A stretch of 64,000 nt of DNA from Chloroflexota bacterium (lineage in GTDB: Bacteria; Chloroflexota; Limnocylindria; Limnocylindrales; CSP1-4). The DNA is taken from assembly GCA_031370565.1 (NCBI GenBank), contig JANMQO010000163.1, positions 7,576 through 71,575 of the forward strand, read 5' to 3'. A model generated the notes under the pieces. That model was given only the letters and a program-made list of their open reading frames with translations. It did no database searches and was not told the DNA's origin. The translations under genes were made by a program, and so were the position numbers. Below, piece by piece: positions 47,117-55,795 of the stretch. Each line of letters begins with the position of its first letter. Positions within the stretch are counted from its first letter, which is position 1.

Positions 47117-48127
47117 ATGCAGTTTGGATTCACACTCAAGCCGAGCCACTCGATCGAGCGCACGCTGACGCTCACCCGGCAGGCCGAGGCCGCCGGATTC
47201 GCGTACGGCTGGCTGTTCGACTCGCACGTCTTGTGGCGGGACCCGTACCCGTTGCTGACCCTCATGGCGGGCGCCACCGAGCAGTTGCGCCTGGGCACCT
47301 GCGTGACGAACCCGGCGACCCGCGAACCGTCGGTGACGGCCTCGGCTCTGGCCGTCCTCGATGAGCTGAGTGGCGGCCGGATGGACCTGGGCATCGGTCG
47401 AGGGGACTCGGCGCGACGAGTCCTGGGCAAGCCACCGACCACGATGGCCACCCTCGAGGAGGCGATCGGCGTCATCCGCGACCTCGTCGAGGGCCGCACC
47501 GTGACCTACGAAGGGACGGAGCTCAACCTGCCCTGGACGGGATCGTGGAAGCTGCCCGTGTGGGTCGCGGGCTACGGCCCGATGGCGCTGGCCATGACCG
47601 GACGGGTGGCCGATGGCGTCATCCTGCAGCTGGCCGACCCGGACCTCATCCGCTGGTTCGTCGGCCAGATCCGTGCGGCGGAGGCAGCGGCCGGCCGCCC
47701 GGCGGGCTCGGTCCAGGTGCAGTCGGCCGCACCGGCCCACTTCGGCGATCTCGAACTGTGCCGCGAGCGGACGCGCTGGTTCCCGGCGCTCGTCAGCAAC
47801 CATGTCGTCGACCTGGTCAACAAATACCCGCGCGAACGGCTGCCCGAATCGCTCACGGGCTACGTCCGCGACCGGGCCGGCTACGACTACCTCCATCACG
47901 CCGAAGTCGGCTCGTCCAACGCCGGTTTCGTGGGCGACGACGTGACGGATCGCTTCTGTGTCCTCGGTAGCGTGGCTGACCACCTGGCCAAGCTGCACGA
48001 ACTGGCGGACGCCGGGGTCGACCAGTTCAACATCTACCTGATGAACGGGGATGAGGAAGCGGTCCTCGAAGCGTACGGGCGGGAAATCATCCCGGTGATG
48101 CGGGATGTCGCGGCCGCCCGGGCCTAG
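47117..48127 (+). CDS. luciferase-like monooxygenase (LLM) family, F420-dependent oxidoreductase type
   Basis: 336-aa TIM-barrel LLM. The N-terminal MQFGFTLKPSHSIERTLTLTRQAEAAGFAYGWLFDSHV and the GIGRGDS block are typical of the F420-dependent LLM class. Confidence 0.7.
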   Translation: MQFGFTLKPSHSIERTLTLTRQAEAAGFAYGWLFDSHVLWRDPYPLLTLMAGATEQLRLGTCVTNPATREPSVTASALAVLDELSGGRMDLGIGRGDSARRVLGKPPTTMATLEEAIGVIRDLVEGRTVTYEGTELNLPWTGSWKLPVWVAGYGPMALAMTGRVADGVILQLADPDLIRWFVGQIRAAEAAAGRPAGSVQVQSAAPAHFGDLELCRERTRWFPALVSNHVVDLVNKYPRERLPESLTGYVRDRAGYDYLHHAEVGSSNAGFVGDDVTDRFCVLGSVADHLAKLHELADAGVDQFNIYLMNGDEEAVLEAYGREIIPVMRDVAAARA

Positions 48128-49940
48128 GCGACTGGACGCGCCGATCACGAACGACAGCCCGGCCGCCGCTGATCCGGAGGCGGCGGTCCGGATCGTGCTT
48201 CTTGGGCCGCCACGGGTCGAAGCGGACGGCGGACGGCGCCGCCTGCCGGGGCACAAACCCTGGGCGCTCCTGACGATCCTCCTCCTGGAGTCGGCCGGCT
48301 CGACCAGACGCGAGCTGGCGGAGCGCATCTGGCCCGCCGCGGACAATCCACTCGGCGCCGTCCGCTGGGCGCTGCTCCAGGTCCGCCGAGCCATCGCACC
48401 AGCGCGGGTCGATGAGGTCGACGGTCGACTGCGCATCGCCAACCGCGCGGCGCTCGCCGTGGACGCCGATGTTGTCCTGGCGGGCAGGTTGGAGGCTTCC
48501 GATGCTGACCGCATCGTGGGCGGCGACCTACTCGAAGGGTTCGCCTTCGATGGCGCGCCGAATCTGGAGCAGTGGCTGGCGCTGCAGCGCGCCCGCGTCC
48601 GTTCGGCCAGTGCCGAAGGGCTGCGCTGGGCCGCCACGGTGCTGTCCGACGCAGATCCCGAGCGGGCCATCTCCCTGGCAGAGCGCGCCGCGCAGCTCGA
48701 CCCGTTCGACGACGCCGTCCACGAGCTGATCGTCTACTGCCATGTCCGGCGCGGTGACCGGCGCGCCGCCCGGGACCACGTCGAGCGCACAACACGCCTG
48801 TACCGGGCCGAACTGGACGAAGACGCGCCACTGTCCATCGCACGGCCACTGGAGCGGCCTTCGACGATCGATCGAGACGACGTCAGCTTGTCGACGGCCG
48901 ATCCGTCGCTGACCGGTGGCCTCGAGGCGGCGACGCTCCTCGAGCTGGCCCGGATGCGACTCGAGAGCGGCGACTACGACTCCGCGGTCGAGCTGGGGCG
49001 GCGGGCTGTCGCGGCGGCGGCGGCGGGGCGGGACGGCGCCCTCGAGGGCCGGGCCACGCTCGATCTGGCCACAACCCTTATCCACTCCGTTCGCGGTCGG
49101 GACCGGGAGGCCCACGGCCTGGTTCGGCGCGCGCTGCAGCTGGCCACGGCACTGGGTGATCGCGGGATGGCCGCCGATGCCGAGCGCGAGATCGGCTACC
49201 TGCACTTCCTGGAGGCGGACTATGGCGCCGCTGAGGCCGCCCTGGAACGAGCCATCCGGATCGCGACGCTGGACGGTAACCAGGTCGCACTGGGAAGGGC
49301 TCTCACGATCCTGGGCGCCTGCCGCTCGGACCGCGCGGACTATGCGTCGGCGGAGCCCACCCTGCGACTGGCCGTCGACCGATTGATCGAGGTCGGCGAC
49401 GAGCGCTGGCGTGCGTATGCACTGTCATTCATCGCACGGGTCGAACTCCGCACAGGCCGAGTAGAGCAGGCGCTGCTGACGGCGACCGCGTCGATCGCGG
49501 CGGCGCGCGCCTCTGGTTGGCTATCCTTGGTGCCTTGGCCGATGGCCATTCTGGGCGAAGCACAGCTGCTCGGGGCCGACATCCGGTTGGCCTCGGCCAC
49601 CTTCGGCCAGGCCTATCTCCTGGCCCGTGAAATCGGCGATCCGTGCTGGCAGGCCGTCGCCCTGCGTGGCATGGCGCTCGTCGCGCAACAGGACGGCGAT
49701 CCGGATCGCGCCCGCGGGCTGCTGGCACAGGGCCTGCGCTGCGCGCGCGAACAGCCGGACACATACACTTGGGCGACGGCGGCGCTCCTGACCGATCTGG
49801 TCGGCCTGGAGGGTGGCGCGAGCCGAGCGCACCTGGCTGAGGCCATTCGGATCGTCACGCGGGGTCCCATGGCGGACTTGGCCAGGCGGGTTTTGGACGC
49901 AGCCAGCTCGCAAACGCTGGACCAAACGGTCGATCCGTAG
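48105..49940 (+). CDS. SARP/AfsR-family regulator (OmpR-type wHTH plus BTAD) with C-terminal TPR repeats
   Basis: VRIVLLGPPRVEADGGRRRLPGHKPWALLTILLLESAGSTRRELAERIW, BTAD-like helices, then TPR-like Ala/Leu-rich repeats. The start is uncertain (48105 overlaps the LLM gene by 23 nt; GTG 48195 is an alternative). Confidence 0.7.
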   Translation: MSRPPGPRRLDAPITNDSPAAADPEAAVRIVLLGPPRVEADGGRRRLPGHKPWALLTILLLESAGSTRRELAERIWPAADNPLGAVRWALLQVRRAIAPARVDEVDGRLRIANRAALAVDADVVLAGRLEASDADRIVGGDLLEGFAFDGAPNLEQWLALQRARVRSASAEGLRWAATVLSDADPERAISLAERAAQLDPFDDAVHELIVYCHVRRGDRRAARDHVERTTRLYRAELDEDAPLSIARPLERPSTIDRDDVSLSTADPSLTGGLEAATLLELARMRLESGDYDSAVELGRRAVAAAAAGRDGALEGRATLDLATTLIHSVRGRDREAHGLVRRALQLATALGDRGMAADAEREIGYLHFLEADYGAAEAALERAIRIATLDGNQVALGRALTILGACRSDRADYASAEPTLRLAVDRLIEVGDERWRAYALSFIARVELRTGRVEQALLTATASIAAARASGWLSLVPWPMAILGEAQLLGADIRLASATFGQAYLLAREIGDPCWQAVALRGMALVAQQDGDPDRARGLLAQGLRCAREQPDTYTWATAALLTDLVGLEGGASRAHLAEAIRIVTRGPMADLARRVLDAASSQTLDQTVDP

Positions 49941-49994
49941 GGTTCATCGCCAGAGTCGGGCTCATTGCCGACCGCAGGAGCAGGAGGACGAACG

Positions 49995-50240
49995 ATGCAG
50001 TTCATGGACGTGCACAACGGGTTCGTAGGGGTGACGGCGGAGCAGCTCCAGGCCGCGCACGACGCGGATCTGGCCATCGAGGCCGAGGAGGGCGTCCATT
50101 TCCAGCAAGCCTGGCTCGACCCGGTCAGCGGCAAGGTCTTCTGCTTGGCCGAAGGCCCGAGCAAGGAGGCGGTCCAGCGCATCCACACGCGCGCCGGTCA
50201 CCCCGCCGATGAGATCCACGAGCTGACCGTCTCCGTCTGA
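49995..50240 (+). CDS. DUF4242-family small protein (SCO4226-like)
   Basis: AGGAGGA SD 6 nt upstream. MQFMDVHNGFVGVTAEQLQAAHDADLAIEAEEGVHFQQAWLDPVSGKVFCLAEGPSKEAVQRIH resembles DUF4242 members. Confidence 0.6.
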   Translation: MQFMDVHNGFVGVTAEQLQAAHDADLAIEAEEGVHFQQAWLDPVSGKVFCLAEGPSKEAVQRIHTRAGHPADEIHELTVSV

Positions 50241-50333
50241 GCACAGCGCGGGAGCGGGGTGACGTGCGGTACCCCGCTCCATCCTCCACAATGACGGACA
50301 TGAACCGGCGCCGCCCCTGCGGAGGAAATCTCG

Positions 50334-51731
50334 ATGCGCACACTCATCACGAATGGCACCATCGTTAGTGCGGACGGCTCGACCATCGCCGACGTGCTCA
50401 TCGACGGCGAGATCATCGTCCAGATCGGCCGAGACCTGGTCGGCGCCGGGGTGACGGCCGACGAGACGATCGACGCGACGGGCCGGTACGTGATCCCTGG
50501 CGCCATCGACGTCCATACGCACATGGAGCTGCCCTTCGGCGGAACGTCCGCCAAGGACACCTTCGAGACGGGCACCCGGGCGGCGGCGTTCGGCGGGACG
50601 ACCTCGATCGTCGACTTTGCGGTCCAATCGCGCGGCAAATCGCTCCGGGAGGGGCTTGACGCCTGGCACGCCAGGGCCGAGGGCAACGCGGTGGCCGACT
50701 ACGGGTTCCACATGATCATGTCCGACGTGAATGACGCGACCCTGGCCGAGATGGACCAGTTGGTCGCTGAGGGCGTGCCCGATTTCAAGCTGTTCACCGC
50801 CTACCCGGGCGTCTTCTACAGCGACGATGGGGCGATCTTCCGGGCGATGCAGCAGACCCGCCGCAACGGCGGACTGATCATGATGCATGCCGAGAACGGG
50901 ATGGCCATCGACGTCGTCGCAGCCGACGAGATCGCGGCCGGCCACACGGACCCGTACTACCACGGTGTGGCCCGCCTGCCCATCTTCGAGGGGGAGGCGA
51001 CCAACCGAGTCATCCGCCTGGCCGAGGCGGCCGGCGTGCCCGTGTACATCGTCCACCTCTCGGCGCGCGACGCGCTCAACGCCGTGCGCGAGGCGCGCGA
51101 TCGCGGCGTCAAGGCGTACGCGGAGACCTGCCCGCAGTACCTGTTCCTGTCGCTGGACGACATGGCCAACGGCTTTGAGGGCGCGAAGTTCGTCTGCTCG
51201 CCGCCCCTGCGGACTGCCGACCACCAGGCGGAGCTGTGGACCGGACTGGTCAAGGACGACCTGCAGCTGGTCGCGACCGACCATTGCCCGTTCGACTTCC
51301 ACGGCCAGAAGGAACTCGGCCGGGGCGACTTTCGCAAGGTCCCCAATGGTCTGCCTGGCGTCGAGGATCGAGTCGACCTGCTCCACGATGGCGGCGTGGT
51401 CGGCGGCCGGATGACCCGTGAGCGCTGGGTTGAGGTGATCTCCACGGCACCGGCCAGGATGTTCGGCATGTACCCGCGCAAAGGCTCGGTCTCGATCGGC
51501 GCCGATGCTGACCTGGTGATCTACGATCCGAACGCCCGCCGGACGATCAGCGCGGCCAGTCACCACATGAACGTCGACTACTCGTGCTATGAGGGCCGCG
51601 AGGTCCAGGGGCGCGCCGACATCGTCCTGTCGCGCGGTTCGATCATCGTCCGCGACGGCCAGTTCACCGGCCGCAAGGGCCACGGCCAGTTCATCCGACG
51701 CGCCCCCGCCGAGTTCGCGCGCAACAACTGA
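50334..51731 (+). CDS. dihydropyrimidinase / D-hydantoinase (cyclic amidohydrolase)
   Basis: GGAGGA SD. GAIDVHTHMELPFGGT metal-binding motif and carbamylated-Lys region. 465 aa. Confidence 0.85.
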   Translation: MRTLITNGTIVSADGSTIADVLIDGEIIVQIGRDLVGAGVTADETIDATGRYVIPGAIDVHTHMELPFGGTSAKDTFETGTRAAAFGGTTSIVDFAVQSRGKSLREGLDAWHARAEGNAVADYGFHMIMSDVNDATLAEMDQLVAEGVPDFKLFTAYPGVFYSDDGAIFRAMQQTRRNGGLIMMHAENGMAIDVVAADEIAAGHTDPYYHGVARLPIFEGEATNRVIRLAEAAGVPVYIVHLSARDALNAVREARDRGVKAYAETCPQYLFLSLDDMANGFEGAKFVCSPPLRTADHQAELWTGLVKDDLQLVATDHCPFDFHGQKELGRGDFRKVPNGLPGVEDRVDLLHDGGVVGGRMTRERWVEVISTAPARMFGMYPRKGSVSIGADADLVIYDPNARRTISAASHHMNVDYSCYEGREVQGRADIVLSRGSIIVRDGQFTGRKGHGQFIRRAPAEFARNN

Positions 51732-51861
51732 CGAGCGGGCCGGCGTGGCCTGCTGGCTCGGCTCGTGGTGGCGGCTCCGCGCGGCGGCTTGGCGTGCCGG
51801 CTCGGCTCGGCTCGGCTAGGCCAGACCCGCCCGCCGGCCGGCTCAGTGGTTCGGTTCGGGA

Positions 51862-53406
51862 CTACCGGCTGCGCGGAAAGCCCAGATCCACCGTGGACGT
51901 GCCCGGGTCCGGCCAGCGCGACGTCACCACCTTTGTCCGGGTGTAGAACTGGATGCCGTCCGGTCCGTACATGTGCAGGTCGCCGAACAGCGACGCCTTC
52001 CAGCCACCGAACGAGTAGTACGCCACCGGTACCGGGATCGGCACGTTGACCCCAACCATCCCGACACTCACGTCGAACTGGAATTGGCGGGCCGCGCCTC
52101 CGTCCCGGGTGAAGATGGCCGTGCCGTTGCCATACGGGTTGTCGTTGATGAGACGGAGCGCCTCCTCATACGTGTCCACCCGGACGATGTTGAGGACCGG
52201 CCCGAAGATCTCGTCCCGATAGCAGTCCATCTCCGGAGTGACGTCATCGATGAGCGAGACACCCAGGAAGAACCCGTCGCGCTGGTACGCCGGATCCTCG
52301 CGGCCGTCGACCACCACCGAGGCCCCCTGTTCGCGCCCGCTGTCGAGGTACGAGGCCACCTTGTCGCGGTGCTCCCGAGTGACCAGCGGCCCCATCTCGG
52401 ACGCCGGATCGGACCCGTCGCCCACCCGGATCTTGGGCAGCCGCGCTCGGATCGCGGCGACCAGCGGGTCCGCCACGCCGCCGACCGCGACCAGCGCCGA
52501 GATCGCCATGCAGCGCTCCCCCGCCGAGCCGTACGCCGCCGACACCGCCGCATCGGCGGCCATCTCGATATCCGCGTCCGGCAGCACGATCATGTGGTTC
52601 TTGGCGCCGCCGAGCGCCTGCACCCGCTTGCCGTTGCGCGTGCCCGTCTCGTAGATGTAGCGGGCGATCGGCGTCGAGCCCACGAACGAGACAGCGGCAA
52701 TGTCCGGGTGGGCCAGGATGGCGTCCACGGCGACCTTGTCTCCGTTGACCACGTTGAACACGCCGTCTGGCAGGCCCGCCTGCTTGAGCAGCTCGGCCAT
52801 CAGCATGGACGCGCCCGGATCCTTCTCGGACGGCTTGAGGATGAAGGTGTTGCCACAGGCGATCGCGTTGGCGAACATCCACATCGGCACCATCGCAGGA
52901 AAATTGAACGGTGTGATCCCGGCGACCACACCCAGCGGCTGGTGGATCGAGTAGACGTCGACGCCGGTCGAGGCCTGCTCCGAGAAGCTGCCCTTGAGCA
53001 ACTGCGGGACGCCGCAGGCGAACTCGATGTTCTCCAGCCCGCGGGCCACCTCACCCAGCGCATCCGAGGTCACCTTGCCGTGCTGCGCCGTGAGCAGCGC
53101 CGCGAGATCCCGGCGGTGCTCGTGGACGAGCTGTCGAATCGTGAACAGGATCTCCGAGCGCTTCGAGAGCGATGTCGCGCGCCACGCCGGAAAGGCCGCC
53201 CTGGCCGTCTGAACGGCGAGATCGAGTTCTTCAGCGCTGGCGAAATCGACCGCGTGCGTCTGCGCGCCGGTGGCCGGGTTGAAGACGGGTCCCTGGCGGC
53301 CCGACGTGCCGACCCTCAGCGTCCCGCCGATCCAATGGTTGATCCGGCTCGGGGCGTCCGAGTCGGACGTCTCTCCGGCGGCTCGCGATGCGGCGACCTG
53401 CGTCAT
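51862..53406 (-). CDS. mmsA: methylmalonate-semialdehyde dehydrogenase (CoA-acylating)
   Basis: ALDH with the MMSDH-specific ALGGAKNHMIVLPDAD, VGVNVPIPVPVAYYSFGGWKASLFGD and HMYGPDGIQFYTRTKVVTSRW blocks. Confidence 0.85.
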   Translation of the reverse strand: MTQVAASRAAGETSDSDAPSRINHWIGGTLRVGTSGRQGPVFNPATGAQTHAVDFASAEELDLAVQTARAAFPAWRATSLSKRSEILFTIRQLVHEHRRDLAALLTAQHGKVTSDALGEVARGLENIEFACGVPQLLKGSFSEQASTGVDVYSIHQPLGVVAGITPFNFPAMVPMWMFANAIACGNTFILKPSEKDPGASMLMAELLKQAGLPDGVFNVVNGDKVAVDAILAHPDIAAVSFVGSTPIARYIYETGTRNGKRVQALGGAKNHMIVLPDADIEMAADAAVSAAYGSAGERCMAISALVAVGGVADPLVAAIRARLPKIRVGDGSDPASEMGPLVTREHRDKVASYLDSGREQGASVVVDGREDPAYQRDGFFLGVSLIDDVTPEMDCYRDEIFGPVLNIVRVDTYEEALRLINDNPYGNGTAIFTRDGGAARQFQFDVSVGMVGVNVPIPVPVAYYSFGGWKASLFGDLHMYGPDGIQFYTRTKVVTSRWPDPGTSTVDLGFPRSR

Positions 53407-53536
53407 GAATGACCTCTCAATGTGCGGCTAACCGGCGTTCTGCAGGCGTCAACGATACCGCCTTGGGCTACGGTCGGGGCGCGGTGGGCCGCGCGGCAGG
53501 CTCAGCGGCAGACGGCGCCCCGACCCACGGACCGAT

Positions 53537-54463
53537 TCAGAACGGCGGCGGACGATCCGGATCCGGCCAACTGAGCGTCGATCCAGGCGCGTTGGCATTG
53601 GGCGGCGGAGTGCCGGTGCGTGCCGACCGGCGGACCACCAGCACCAGAACGACCGCCGAAAGCAGCGCGATGGCGAGATCGAGCACCTGCTCGGTGCGCA
53701 ACGGCCCCCACGCCGGCTGGTCTCGCCAGACGGCGGCCGTCCCGACCCGAACGGCCGCCCAGCCGCCGAGCGCCAGCGAAAACGCCCGCCCGTCGCCCGA
53801 GCGGAAGGCGCCCGCGTCCCAGGCCAGGGTCACGATGAGCAGGACCAGGGCGATGCCGAGCGCTTCGTACACCTGCGCCGGGTGCGACGGGACCTCCGGG
53901 CCGAGGCTGCCCCACGGCCCGGTCCCCAGGTAGCGGGTCGCCCAGGCGAGGTTCGAGGGCAGACCCTGACCGGTGCCACCGAGCGCGAGCGCCAGCTTGC
54001 CCAGTCCCAGGGCGAGCAGCAGCGGCGCTGCGGCCAGATCGAACCAGCGACCGAGCGGCTCGTCGAAGAGACGGGCGACGAGGGCGCCAGTCAGGCTGCC
54101 GAGCAGGACGGCCCCCGACAGCGCCAGGCCGCCGCTGGTCGGATCGAGGATGGCAGCCCGGTTCGCGGCGTAGTAGTCGAGGTGCACCAGCACGTAGTTG
54201 AGCCGACCGCCGAGCACGGCGCCGGGCACGACCCCGAGCACGACCAGGAGCAGATCGTCGCGGCGGAGGTGGTGCGGGGCCGACGCCGGCCGGTGCGGGT
54301 GCGGGAGCGAGGGCAGCCGGATTCGCCCGGCAAGGACCGCGGCCAGGACCAGCGCAACCAGCACGGACCCGCCGATCGCGAGCGTCTCCCAGCGGATGAG
54401 TCGATCGCCGAGATGGAGGTTGGGGTCGAACTGGAAGGTGATGAGGGCGGTCGGCACGTCCAT
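53537..54463 (-). CDS. lgt: prolipoprotein diacylglyceryl transferase
   Basis: The internal ATG 54463 gives a 308-aa membrane protein with Lgt-like GGLALSGAVLLG and HPAQVYEALG blocks. Longer overlapping track ORFs were rejected. Confidence 0.7.
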   Translation of the reverse strand: MDVPTALITFQFDPNLHLGDRLIRWETLAIGGSVLVALVLAAVLAGRIRLPSLPHPHRPASAPHHLRRDDLLLVVLGVVPGAVLGGRLNYVLVHLDYYAANRAAILDPTSGGLALSGAVLLGSLTGALVARLFDEPLGRWFDLAAAPLLLALGLGKLALALGGTGQGLPSNLAWATRYLGTGPWGSLGPEVPSHPAQVYEALGIALVLLIVTLAWDAGAFRSGDGRAFSLALGGWAAVRVGTAAVWRDQPAWGPLRTEQVLDLAIALLSAVVLVLVVRRSARTGTPPPNANAPGSTLSWPDPDRPPPF

Positions 54464-54857
54464 TGCAGTGTAGCGGTCGGTGGTCCCACGACGAATGGGG
54501 CGTCGGGACCAGCGGCGTGCCTCTCTCGACGACGGCCTGGCACTCCAAGGTGTCGGCGGGCCGACACCTTGCCTGTCGGTTCGCGGCTGCCGGGCACACG
54601 ACGTCTCGCCCGATAGTCGACCCAAGCGACGCGAGAGGGAACCCTGGGGGGCTCCTCTCCAGTGTCGACCGCGGCCGGGGGGTCGCCGGAGGGGGGCCTC
54701 GGCAAGGGTCGTCGAAGGCTGTTGGAGACCGATGCACGGCCCCGCAATGGGGGGCGGCCGGGCATCGGTCTCGCAGCAACGGGGAGAGGCAGTGGAACGG
54801 ACACGCGCCCTGAACCAACATCCGACGACCGTCGACGGCGCGGCACCAGGCCCGCCA

Positions 54858-55652
54858 ATGCTCGGTATCCACCTGTTCGGGCGCGTCGAACTGCGCGTCG
54901 GCGATAGAGACGTTCGCCTGCGATCTCGGGCGGCCCAGGCCCTGATCGCGCTGCTCGTGCTGACACCCCGCATTCGAACCCGCGAAGCGGTCGCCGCCGA
55001 ACTCTGGCCGGACAGCGAGGGTGGCGGCGTCGCCGCGTCGATGCGCCAGGCTCTGTGGCATCTGCGGTCGGACTTCGTGTCGGCCAACCTGGCACTGGAC
55101 AGCTACCTCCACATCGAACCGGACGCCATTGGATTGCGGCCGGACGCGCCGGTCAGTCTCGACGTGGATCGCTTCGAGGCGTGCCTGCGTGGACACCCGC
55201 CACGGCTCGAGGATGCGCTCCTCCTCTATCGTGGAGACTTGGCGGAGTGGCTCGGGCTGGAGTGCTTCGCATCCGATCGTGAGCGCCTGTCCGACGCCTA
55301 CGAGGACGCCCTGGCGCTCGTCGCCCAGGAGCGCTTCGAGGCTGGCAGCGCGGAGGGGGCGCGGGAGACCGCCCTTGCCCTGCTCGCCCGCGACCCGCTC
55401 CGCGAGGAGGGCCACGCGACGCTCCTCCGGGTGTTCGGCCGTGCCGGCTCGCGCACGCATGTCGTCCGACAGTATCGCCGCCTCGCCGAGTTGCTCGATC
55501 GGGAACTCGGCGTCGAACCGCTGCCGGAGACGGTCGCGGCGTATCGAGTGGCGCTGGCCGACACGTTTGAACAATCGCGCCGGCGCAGCCTGGGCGCCGC
55601 TCTCGCCGCGGTGGGTGGTCGCAACGGGATCGGGGTCATCGCCCGCAGCTGA
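54858..55652 (+). CDS. SARP-like regulator (OmpR-type wHTH plus BTAD), short form
   Basis: MLGIHLFGRVELRVGDRDVRLRSRAAQALIALLVLTPRIRTREAVAAELWPD, then BTAD helices. The start is chosen at the Met preceding the wHTH. Upstream Met residues are possible. Confidence 0.6.
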   Translation: MLGIHLFGRVELRVGDRDVRLRSRAAQALIALLVLTPRIRTREAVAAELWPDSEGGGVAASMRQALWHLRSDFVSANLALDSYLHIEPDAIGLRPDAPVSLDVDRFEACLRGHPPRLEDALLLYRGDLAEWLGLECFASDRERLSDAYEDALALVAQERFEAGSAEGARETALALLARDPLREEGHATLLRVFGRAGSRTHVVRQYRRLAELLDRELGVEPLPETVAAYRVALADTFEQSRRRSLGAALAAVGGRNGIGVIARS

Positions 55653-55731
55653 CCCGGCCACACGCTGACGACCGTGCGCGGTGGAGACTGAACGACGGCT
55701 GATGACGCGGGACTCGGCCGCGCCCGGACGA

Positions 55732-55764
55732 GACGAAGCCCCGGCACAGGGCCGGGGCTTCGTC
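55732..55764. terminator. perfect 14-bp stem hairpin between convergent SARP-like gene and subtilase gene
   Basis: gacgaagccccggc-acagg-gccggggcttcgtc. Confidence 0.6.
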
Positions 55765-55795
55765 TTCGCAGCGCGACCAGCACGGTCGCCCGGGG

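Noticed and set aside
51731-51862. (cggct)n pentanucleotide run and repeated gcgtgncggctcggctcg motif between the convergent dihydropyrimidinase and mmsA genes
   Set aside because: It is probably a simple-sequence intergenic filler or weak terminator region. No stable hairpin was identified.
53502-55661. 719-aa and 334-aa minus-strand ORFs overlapping lgt and the SARP-like gene
   Set aside because: Only the 53537-54463 segment shows membrane-protein (Lgt) motifs. The remainder is Arg/Pro-rich artefact opposite a well-formed wHTH-BTAD gene.
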